Positions 11,570 through 22,600 of a stretch of DNA of 64,000 nucleotides are shown piece after piece. The DNA is taken from the NCBI GenBank assembly GCA_002269645.1, contig NIVC01001922.1, positions 1-64,000 of the forward strand. The letters run 5' to 3'. The notes under the pieces were generated by a model. That model worked only from the letters and a program-made list of their open reading frames with translations, searched no databases and was not told the origin of the DNA. The stretch is from Macrostomum lignano (Eukaryota). A program made the position numbers and the translations under genes. How positions within the stretch are numbered: the first letter of the stretch is position 1; the number at the start of each line of letters is the position of its first letter.

Positions 11570-11961
11570 GACAGTTGCCAGTAGCTTTTTGGCGTCTCCG
11601 ACGCGGGACTACTACTTGAAGTAGGATGCGCGCATATCAAATCGCAAATAGTGCTAAGTTTTCTATTAATAATGTTAAGTAAGCTGTTGCTAATCTAGCC
11701 AATCAGGTACGAATTAATGGAATGGATTGCTAATCTAGCCAATCAGGTACGAATTAATGGAATGGATTGCTAATCTAGCCAATCAGGTACGAAGTAATGG
11801 AATGGATTGCTAATCTAGTCAATCAGGTACGAAGGAATAAAATGGATTGCTAATCTAGCCAATCAGGTACGAAGGAATGGAATGGATTGCTAATCTAGCC
11901 TATCAGGTACGAAGGAATATAATGGATTGCTAATCTAGCCCATCAGGTACGAAGGAATATA

Positions 11962-13519
11962 CACTGTGTTCCAACTTATTATGCAAATCAGTTTTTTTTA
12001 ATAATTTTTTCATGAAGCAGCAAAAGTCAGAATTTTTTAGCAGGAAATGTATTTCGTAACAATAAGACTAACCACCAAAACTGAATGAAATTGAACGCGT
12101 ATTTTCAAAATGATAATCAAAAATTGACTTTTCTGCTGTTCCAGATAATTATGCAACTAGGAATAAAACATCGTCAGCATGAAATATTGATTGAAAATCG
12201 GAGAATTTAGTCTCCCAAGCAGCAACACACAATTAATAGTTAATGCGGGCACCCTTCACTTGCAATATTTTTACCAAGCGACTGTCCATCGATGATGTCA
12301 GCTTCTTTACATGTGATTTAGGTATCTTGGACACTTCAGCTTGCACAGCAGCCCACAGATCATGCTTGGAATGATACTGCTTACCATTGCTGTACAAGCT
12401 ACGCTTCAAAATGCTCCAAAGATTTTCAATTGGATTCAAATCCGGAGAATTCGAAGGCCAATCTATCAGCTTGTCGTCCTTGAACCCGAGGTCATTCAAG
12501 AAATTGGTCGTCAGCTTCGCAGCATGGGAGGGAGCATTGTCCTGCATGAAAGTCAGCTTCTTTCGGCGAGCTGCTGGCTGGCATCGCAGCCAGGGAACAA
12601 AATTCAGCTGCAGCAACTGACGGTAAGCTTCACCCGTGACCTTGACGCCATCAGGAACACGGAATGGGCCAATGATGGTGTCGTTGACAATGCCAGCCCA
12701 GATCATGATGCCTCCACCGCCTTGCTGACGCCTCACGCGCTGCCCTGACACCTCGTCTCCAACCATCCAGCCTCTGGCCCAGCCATCAGGCCCATCCAAA
12801 GTGGCCCTGGTCTCATCTGTAAAAATGACTGAACTGAAGTCAGCCTTCAAATACTTCTGCGCCCAGCTGAGGCGCAGTTGGCGATGGCGAGAGGTCAGCA
12901 TCGGCTTGGCAACAGCCTTGCGGCATTGAGTGATGGATGCAAGAGTGCGGCACGGCGTAGTTCTTGGCACATGGCCAAGATCCACTTGCTCAAAGATGAA
13001 CTTGCTGGTGGCCAATGGATGTTTAAGGATTTCTCTTTTGATTTCTTGAAGTTTTCGATTCGAAATGCCTCAAACACTAGTTTTGCGAGTCCGCTGCCTT
13101 GATTTGGTGACATCAGCCAAGAATTTCTTTACTGTACGATGATCTCTGCCAAGCTGCTTGGAGATAGACAAAGTAGTTTGGCCAGTTGCCAAAAGTTGCC
13201 CAATTTGAGATTTTTTCTTATCAGAGAGATCCTGGCGCTTGTCCATGGTTGATACACACAGAAAATTGTGAGAGAAATTCAGCTGCAGAACCACACAGTG
13301 AAATTCTGTGGCTTGCATAATAAGTTGGAACAGTGTAGCAGCTGTGTTGCGCAATGAAAGTTTGTTGGCACGTGCTAGCAAGAAGTTTAGTGATTGGCAG
13401 AGCTGCACAGAGTGTGTACTAGCTTGATGTACACCTGACACAAGCAGCAAGTCGCTGCGATCAATAATTTTAAAAATATTCAATTTATCTCTCTTTGCTT
13501 AATAACTTGGAACACAGTG
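11962..13519 (-). mobile_element. Tc1/mariner DNA transposon, DD37E (TRT-like), 1558 bp, TA target-site duplication
   Basis: The left end CACTGTGTTCCAACTTATTATGCAA (11962-11986) is the inverse of the right end TTGCTTAATAACTTGGAACACAGTG (13495-13519), with 2 mismatches. TA lies at 11960-61 and 13520-21, and a transposase lies inside. Confidence 0.95.
12233..13246 (-). pseudogene. Tc1 transposase (337 codons) with a single in-frame TGA at 13070-13072
   Basis: MDKRQDLSD..LGRDHRTVKKF (HTH), FTDETRATLDGPDGW, FMQDNAPSHA..WPSNSPDLNPIENLW. ORFs 13070-13483 and 12233-13015 are in the same frame. Confidence 0.92.
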
Positions 13520-14774
13520 TAATGGATTGCTAATCTAGCCCATCAGGTACGAAGGAATATAATGGATTGCTAATCTAGCCAATCAGGTACGGATGAATAG
13601 AAAGGATTGCTAATCTAACCAAAAATTTGCTGAAATGCATCCTGAAACTTTGTTGGTTCTTTACATTCTGTATCTCGCCACTGTCTTCTGCTTTGCAAAG
13701 GCGGTGTTTTATCCCCCAGCTAGTCCCCCAGTTGTATTCCCCCATTGGCATTCGTCTCATTTCGAAATCTAATTCCCTGCAGCTCCGGCCCCGTGTTTTA
13801 TTCGCTTCATTGCTGCTATTAATTTTGTTATTCACGGCTAGAATTTAGCCAGAAAACTCCCCGTGTAGTTGTGCCTACTCATAGTAGACAGCGCGCGAAA
13901 ATATCGCCTATTTGTGTTGCAATACGTGTGTGTCTGTGTATTTGGTCTCGCCCAATCCTATTTATACGGTAGTTTGTAATGCACCTGTACATGCGGTTTT
14001 ATTTTCTCATCCTTCTATTTTTCTGCGAATTCCCGCCCTCGTCCGATACGTAAAAACTGCTTTGCCTGTTTGCTGCTAATGTTAACAAACCGTTTTTATA
14101 CACAATGATTGTTTTAAACGCGTTTTTTTATTACATCAAACTTCTGCTACTGTAAGTAGGCGCTGGCGGGCGCGCTTCGATTATTCTATAGTCCTATAAT
14201 TTATTAGTAATTAACTATTGTTAAATATTATTCAAACGGTTTTTCTGTTGTTACTTTCTACTATATTGTTGCACGCTACTTATTAACTACTGTAAGTAGC
14301 TTGCAATTCTAATTAAAAAAACAGCTTTGCTAGCTACTGCCTGCACGTGTCCTGCGGTTATCATAATATTTATTAATAATTTGTTTTCTAAATGTGTTGT
14401 GCGCTCCCTGTCGGAAATTGCTTTTTAACTTATTGCCCACTGATTAACTCGAGCGAATACCTGCATTGTTGAGCGAACGCTGAGTGTTAAACCACCTTCA
14501 AATTATATACGTTTAATAATGTGGGATGTTACCTGCGCTCTGGTCTGCACGTGAATTGAATCAACATAAACAAAGCATAAACTTGCTTTGAATGAGCAGA
14601 TTTGATTTTAGACCCTTCTGTCTGTTTCGTTTGCAAATAAATAAGCTAATTTAATGCTGAGTTTGCGCAGGCACTCCAAATGTCCAATGGCAATTCACCA
14701 TCTTAACCGCCGCCTTTGTCTTTTGTGTTGCCTTTCTTCATTGTCTCATGGCCTGTCACTGACTGCGATCTTTT

Positions 14775-15005
14775 CCCTCCAACTGGTGTGTCACAGGCCC
14801 TCCAACTGGTGTGTCACTGGCCCTCCAACTGGTGTGTCACTGGCCCTCCAACTGGTGTGTCACTGGCCCTCCAACTGATGTGTCACTGGCCCTCCAACTG
14901 GTGTGTCACTGGCCCTCCAACTGATGTGTCACAGGCCCTCCAACTGATGTGTCACAGGCCCTCCAACTGGTGTGTCACAGGCCCTCCAACTGGTGTGTCA
15001 CAGGC
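14775..15005. repeat. 23-bp minisatellite (CCTCCAACTGGTGTGTCACTGGC)
   Basis: Direct reading. Confidence 0.9.
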
Positions 15006-16299
15006 CATTTGTCACTCGCAAATCCAATTCAGTGCAAAGTTGGAAGTCTGGGCAGTCGCGCCATATTCAGCACAAGTGAGTGCAGCGCATATTTGAATTT
15101 ATTAAAGCTATGTATTTTGGTTGCGGCAATGCTTGCGCTAGGCTGACTAATAAGGGACTGCGGCGTTACAACAAAATATGAAGCGAGTAAGCGGTTTCCT
15201 TGCCGCTGCGAGCCGTTCTTGTTGCCAGCCGGATATTGTCGGAGCTTTTCTAGGGGGCAAGCAATGACCGGAGATGCCAAAGGAAGCGCGCAAAGCCGCT
15301 AGTTAGCTGGGGGCTGTGAATAAAAACAAAAAAAGTTGGGTGCCGTGTCGAGCAAATTAGAATATTGACTACTGCAATGCTGCAAGCAAATCGAGTGGCA
15401 TATTGGTATAGTAGCAATTAATAAAGGGATCTACTTTGTTGAATAGTCTACATATCAGTGCAGATAGAAACGATGGATGCTGGCATTATGACTCGTGTGA
15501 ACTCTCGAAGGCAGACAAGACACTGCAGAAAGCAGTTAAAATTAGTTTGAAGCGAGGAGGGCGTCTTCTACACTACATGAAGCGCAGAATGGGGATTTCG
15601 CTATCACAAACCATCGGTTAGCCGTCCGCGGTCTTTGTGGTTGATCCCCCAGCTCTTTGTGTGCGCGCGACCCCCGGCAATTTTGATGGGGCTGCAATTA
15701 GCTCTAGATTGGCCCGATGAAGTCTTTGTCGCTTTGCTTCAAGTGCGAGCTCATCAAGAGCAGAGGGGCATTGCTTGTCCTCTCAGCGGGACAACAGCGC
15801 TGCGAAAGTCGGAGCAAAAGTGGAAGCCAAAAGTAGTCGGAAAGGATTAATGACAAAGAGTGGTTGCACAAAGACCCGCCACAGCCTTCGAGTCGTGGGG
15901 CTGTCTCCTTATACTCGCCAGCTTAGACTAAAGAGGGCGCGAAATCAAACAGTCGATTCAAATATTTTTTGCTAAACTTTTGCTACAGTTAATAGCACGA
16001 GTCACACTTGCCTGTCTTACTACTGGTTAGTAAACTCCAGTAGGGTGGAGCGAACAGTCTATGCAGATTTTTACACTATAAAAAGTTTGCAGAGGAAGCA
16101 ATGCCAGATTCGAAAGGGAACAACAGACCGACCAACAACTGGTGCGCGAAGGCGAGGGAAGCTGGACCGACTCCGAGCAGCATCGGACTGACAATAGAAG
16201 CAAAACTGACAATAGAAGCAATCAGTCACCATAATTCATTTGAGTTTGTCTATTCGAGAGATGAGCTAGCCAGAGGTCGAGAAACCATCCCCCGATTTT

Positions 16300-16490
16300 T
16301 ACTGGCTAGCTGCTTACCCCTTCAATCCCTACCCCGTTATCTATTTTTATTGGCTAGCTGCCTACCCCTTCAACCCCCACCCCGTTATCTATTTTTATTG
16401 GCTAGCTGCCTACCCCTTCAATCCCTTACCCCGTTATCTGTTTTATTTGCCAGCTGCTACCCCTAACCTGTTATCTATTCTTATTGGCTG
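16300..16490 (-). repeat. 48-bp repeat downstream of the paramyosin stop, carrying AATAAA on the sense strand (plus-strand TTTATT at 16346, 16394, 16442)
   Basis: Direct reading; it lies 200-300 nt past the stop at 16646. Confidence 0.7.
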
Positions 16491-16645
16491 GCACCTCAGC
16501 CCCTCTCATTGGTTAAAAAAAAGAGGTGGCGGCTTGTCTTCTGCACTCTCTGATTGGCTGACCACCCCTTGAATTCTTTGTCCCCGGCCTCTGTCAGCTC
16601 TCTGTCTCTCTCTTCATCGCGCGTTCAAACCGCGACATCAGCTAA

Positions 16646-19600
16646 TCACATGATGCTGGTGGCCCTCGCACCCACGCGCCTGCTGGAGCTCATTTCCCTG
16701 GCAACGCTGACCGACCGGATCACAGTGCTGCTGCCGCGCCGGCTGGACATGGTGCGCTCGGCCAGGTCGGCCCGGTGCTCCGCCTCCTCGATCTGCTGCT
16801 GCGCCTTGCGGTACTTCGTCATGGCGATGGCCGAGATTTCCTCCTGCAGAGGGGGTGGAGTGACAGCGGAAGGTCATAAACTTTGGCTCCAGGATCGCTA
16901 TAGAGCCACCTGGGTGGATTTGTGAGTCAAATCGAAAGTCAACCCGCAGCCAGCGAAGAGGCAAGCAGCCATGCCCAATCCCGACCTCTGAGCATACATG
17001 TTTGGAGGTACACGATCACACAGCAGCCCCCTGTGATCAAAAAAATCTGCGAGACGGATTGTTTCCAAGAAAAGTCTATTTTTGAAGGCCTTCAGTTTCA
17101 GTTGCGGCCTTCACGAGTGCAGACATGTCCGAGTAGCTTTTAACAGCACTTGTAGTTAAAAACAAAGCAACGCGGGGCCTTTGGTCGGCATCTTTGTTGA
17201 AATATTTGTTCAGAGCATAGTGCACGACTTTCCAATTCCACGAGCATCCAGTGAACCCGCATCGGCTTCCTTTATAGCTTTGATTCATTGGATTTGCATT
17301 GAAGAAATTCCAGTAAGAAAGGCAACCCGCAGGCATTGACATTGGCACGCATTGGCAGCTGGAGGGGGGTTAATTCAGTTCCGGTCGCAGTAAACAACAG
17401 CTGTTGCTACCGACAACTCCGCATCCGCGTCGAACTCCACTTTGCTCGCAGATGCAGCCACGCACGGCAGATCACAGTGAAGGGCACCGCATTGCGCGGC
17501 ACTTGGCGATTTCCATAATTGGCGCTCCGACCAATAATGGGATCGTGGGGTATGGGGCGATGGGGCCGCCTCCAGCCTCCGGCCAGGCAGGCATGCAGGC
17601 GGAATCAATACTGAATGCTGCGCCCGCATCCTCTCTTCTTCTCCCTGACATTTCCAAGCCGCATCAGGGGCGGGGGAGAGACTGGGGGAGCCGGCTGAGA
17701 GTGAAGCGGAGACGCACGGGCTGCACAGATCGAAGGCAAAGCAATGCGTCTTCGGATTTGCAGAAGAAGAAAACAGGAAACTGCAGCTGCAGAGCGGCTT
17801 CCGTGCGGACAGGATACATGGGGCTGGGGGCGCGAAGGCAACAGCAAAACTGTGAGAGGCCAAAGAACCAAAGAATGAAATTTCCCGCTCCCGTTACCTC
17901 CTCCCTCGATCTTGCCAGAAAATCCACTTTGGTGATCCTCCATATCGTATCCCCTGACCGCTACACGCGCATATGCTGCCCGATCCGTTTATCAGTCCGA
18001 ATTTTATTGGCCTCCCAATCGCGCGTAGTTTATTATGCTCTGGCCAGTTTCTAAGAGTTTCTAACCATGGGGCATCCGCAATCACTCACCGACTCCTCAA
18101 TCTGGCGCTTGTAGGTCTTGAGCTTCAGCTGGGTCTTGTCCAGCAGGTCCTGCAGCTCCATGTTCATCCTGCGCTCCTCCTCGGTCTGCGACACCGCCTC
18201 CTTGGCCTGGCGCTCGAACTTGCGCGACGCCGCCTGAGCATCCTTGGCCTTACGCTGCTCCTGGTCCAGCTCGGCCTCCAGGTCGCGAACCCGGCCCTGC
18301 AGCTTGCTCACCATCCGGCGGCCTTCGCGGGTGGCGAAAGCCTCCGCCTCCTCCAGCTTCACCGTGATCTCGCGAATCTCAACCTTGGCGATTGGGAAAT
18401 CACATATGGGGTTGAAATAAACTTGTTAATTTAATCCGGCCTGTATTTTATGCTAGACATTTAGAAATATATATAAAATAATTTTAATCCTTCTGAATCG
18501 TGTTTGCACATATAGCGTCATTTTGTTAATGTACACTTGTGTTGCTAAAAATAGAACCATAACATAGCGTCATTTTGTTATTGTACACTTGTGTTGCTAA
18601 AAATAGAACCATAACATAGCGTCATTTTGTTATTGTACACTTCCAATATACTAAAAATGAAAATCTTGCTTGCTTGCTTGTAATCGATTAGAGAAAAAAT
18701 GGCTGGACCGATTTTCATGAGACTTGCACTGTTCGATCAGAAATTTTCCCGTGACGGTACATGCATCGTGGCTAAGAAATTGCTCGATGCTAAAGGCATT
18801 AAATATTCGAAAAACATGCTTTTTTGCAAAGGTCAAGCAAAGTTTTCGACTTGAAATGCATTGTAAGAATGCTAGAGAAAAAACTGACTGGTTGAATTCT
18901 GATTCTGAAATAGATTGCATCATAACTGAATTGTAACTCCGACTTGAATTGAAAATGCAGTGTGGAAGCGTAGCACCAGACTTGATTTAAATTGCGTAAC
19001 CATATTGTTAACTGATACTGACTGACTGAGAAACTGATTATGTCATAACTGATTCGTGTGATTTACTCTATGCTTGGATTTTAAAGTGTTGAATTATATA
19101 AGTGCAAAATTTGATGTTATCAAAACGATGAGAGCTAGCCTAGAGGTGAACAAACTGAACTGCCAAATGCAGCGACGATGGTTCGAATTTTCATAGAGTA
19201 TAATTTTTTTAATTAAAGCTTTTCAACGTCAGGAAAACTAAAAGACTTTTTAAAAAGAAGCGTCATGTAAAAAATCGTAAAAGCGTTATATAAAAATCAT
19301 AGAAGCGTAATGTAAACAATCATAGAAGCGCCATGTAAAAAATCGTAAAAGCGTTATATAAAAATCATAGAAGCGTAATGTAAAAAATCATAGAAGCGTC
19401 ATGTAAACAATCATAGAAGCGTCATGTAAAAAATCATAGAAGCGTCATGAAAAAATCATAGAAGCGTCATGTAAAAAATCATAGAAGCGTCATGTAAACA
19501 ATCATAGAAGCGTCATGTAAAAAATCATAGAAGCGTCATGAAAAAATCATAGAAGCGTCATGTAAACAATCATAGAAGCGTCATGCAAACAATCATAGAA

Positions 19601-22600
19601 GCGTCATATAAAAATCATAGAAGCGTCATGAAAAAATCATAGAAGCGTCATGTAAACAATCATAGAAGCGTCATGCAAACAATCATAGAAGCGTCATGTA
19701 AAAGTCAAAAAAGCGTCATAAAAAATCATAGAAGCGTCATGAAAAAATCATGGAAGCGTCATGAAAAAATAATAAAAGCGTCATGTAATAATCATAGAAG
19801 CGTCATGCAAAAATCATAGAAGCGTCATGAAAAAATCATAGAAGCGTCATGTAAAAATCATAGAACCTTCATGTAAACAATCATAGTAGCGTCATTAAAA
19901 ATCATAGAGGCGTCATGCAAACAATCATAGTAGCGTCATGTAAAAATCATAGAAGCGTCATGCAAACAATCATAGTAGCGTCATTTAAAAAATCATAGAA
20001 GCGTCATGTAAACAATCATAGAAGCGTCATGTAAACAATCATAGAAGCGTCATGTAAAAGTCAAAATAGCGTCATAAAAAATCATAGAAGCGTAATGTAA
20101 AAAATCATAGAAGCGTCATGAAAAAATCATAGAAGTGACATGAAAAAACCATTAATGCGTCATGTAAAAAATCATGGAAGCGTCATGCAAAAATCATAGA
20201 AGCGTCATGAAAAAATCATAGAAGCGTCATGTAAAAATCATAGAAGCGTCATGTAAAAAATCATAGAAGCGTCATGTAAACAATCATAGAAGCGTCATGA
20301 AAAAATCATAGAAGCGTCATGTAAAAAAGCATAAAAGCGTCATGTAAAAAATCATAGAAGCGTCATGTAAACAATCATAGAAGCGTCATAAAAAAACCAT
20401 AGAAGCGTCATGTAAACAATCATAGAAGCGTCATAAAAAAATCATAGAAGCGTCATGTAAAAAAGCATAGAAGCGTCATGTAAAAATCATAGAAGGGTCA
20501 TGTAAACAATCATAGAAGAGTCATGTAAACAATCATAGAAGCGTCATGTAAACAATCATAGAAGCGTCATGTAAAAATCATAGAAGCGTCATGTAAAAAT
20601 CATAGAAGCGTCATGTAAAAATCATAGAAGCGTCATGCATGTAAACAAGCATAGAAGCGTCATGTAAAAATCAAAGAAGCGTCATGTAAACAATCATAGA
20701 AGCGTCATGTAAACAATCATAGAAGCGTCATAAAAAAACCATAGAAGCGTCATGTAAACAAGCATAGAAGCGTCATGTAAACAATCATAGAAGCGTCATG
20801 TAAACAATCATAGAAGCGTCATGTAAAAAATCATAGAAGCGTCATGTAAACAATCATAGAAGCGTCATGTAAACAATCATAGAAGAGTCATGTAAACAAT
20901 CATAGAAGCGTCATGTAAACAATCATAGAAGCATCATGTAAAAATCATAGAAGCGTCATGTAAACAAGCATAGAAGCGTCATGTAAACAAGCATAGAAGC
21001 GTCATGTAAAAAATCATAAAAGCGTCATGTAAAAAATCATAAAAGCGTCATTTAAAAAATCATAGAAGCGTCATGTAAAAATCATAGAAGCGTCATGCAA
21101 ACAATAATAGAAGCGTCATGGTAAAATCATACAAGCGTCATATAAAAACTAATGAAAGTGTCATTTAAAAAATTAAGAAGAATAATGGAAGAATGAAAGA
21201 AGCGTCATGTAAAAATCAAAAGAAGCGCCATGTCAGACATGAAAGGTGTCATATAAAAATTAAATGAAGCTATAGTACAGTGCTGTGCTGGGGAGAATTA
21301 CTGAGACGTCAAGGCTCACAGAGAATAACTGATATTACAGGTGGGGGGGGGGTTTCTGAGATGTCAAAGCAAAAGTCAGAAGCTACTTCAAAGTTCATGT
21401 ACTTTACTCAATTTTTATTACATTCATTGTTGGCTCGCCACAGGGGGGGCGCTGATAGAAGCAGAGTCATGTAAAAAATAAAAGTAGCACTATGTATACA
21501 TATAAGAAAAGTCATGTCGAAGTTAAAAGATTCATTTGGGAATTGCTACAATGTCAAAGCTTGGTGGAAATCGTTATAGTGCTGTGATTCTTAAAGAAGG
21601 AAACACTAAAATTCCAAGGCTTAGGGGAGAAGAATTGCTGAGATTTCAAGGCTTTAGGTTGGGTTAAAGTTAGGTTTAGGTCAGGTGTGGGTTGAGGGTT
21701 ATATTTTATCGGGTTTCAAGGTTAGCAGGGGATTTTTCAGATTTCAAGGTTTATGGGCGCCATCGCTGACATGTTAAGGCTTACGGGGGGAATAGCTGAG
21801 ATGTCAAGGCTCACGGGGGTATAAATGAGATTTCAAGGCTAAAGTCAGAAGCTACATGTAGTTTATTGAAAACTTTTTATTACATTATTTGATGCCTCCT
21901 CAGGGGAGGGATCGCTGATTAAAAAAGCGTAATGTAAAAAATAAAAGAAGCTTCATGTCGAAGCGAAGAGATTCATTTGGGAATCCCTACGATGTCGAGG
22001 CTTGCAGGGAATCGCTATAACGCTGTAGTAGTGCTATAATGACTCAGAATTACTGAAATTTCAATGCTTTAGGGTTAGGTTAGGGTTAGGGTTAGGGTTA
22101 GGCTAGGGTTAGGGTTAGGGTTAGGCTAGGGTTAGGGTTAGAAGGTTGACAGATTTTTTTAGACTTCAAGGCTTATTTGGGGCATCGCTGAGATGTCAAG
22201 GGGGGAGTTGATTTGTTAAAGCTTGTGGGGGGAATTACTGACATTTCAAGGCTTACAAGGGACTTCTGAGGTATATTGCAAAGAGATGCTACATGTAGTT
22301 TATTACAAAACTTGTACTGTATTTTTGGCTCCCTAACGCTAAGATACTAAGCTAAAAAATACTACTAGCACTTCACAAACTTATGCAGATGTCAGGCTGT
22401 AGGGTTAGTGTTAGGGTTGGTATTAGGGTTTAGGTTTAGGGTTAGGTTCAGGGTTATTGCGTTAAGATTCGGGTTAGGGTTAGGGTTAGGGTAGCTTATA
22501 ACTTAGCTCATTTAGCTTATTAAAAATGTTTATCATGGAAGCATCATGCAAAAATAATGGAAGCGTCATGCAAAAACAATGGAAGCGTCATGCCAAAAAT

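Larger units (their letters stand above)
11690..13620. repeat. 40-bp minisatellite (AATGGATTGCTAATCTAGCCAATCAGGTACGAAGGAAT..) at 11690-11961 and 13520-13620, split by the Tc1 insertion
   Basis: The unit is broken at a duplicated TA and resumes in register after the element. Confidence 0.88.

Noticed and set aside
15270-16130. Moderately GC-rich unique sequence with short ORFs between the Tc1 element and paramyosin
   Set aside because: No termini, TSD or protein motif could be identified.
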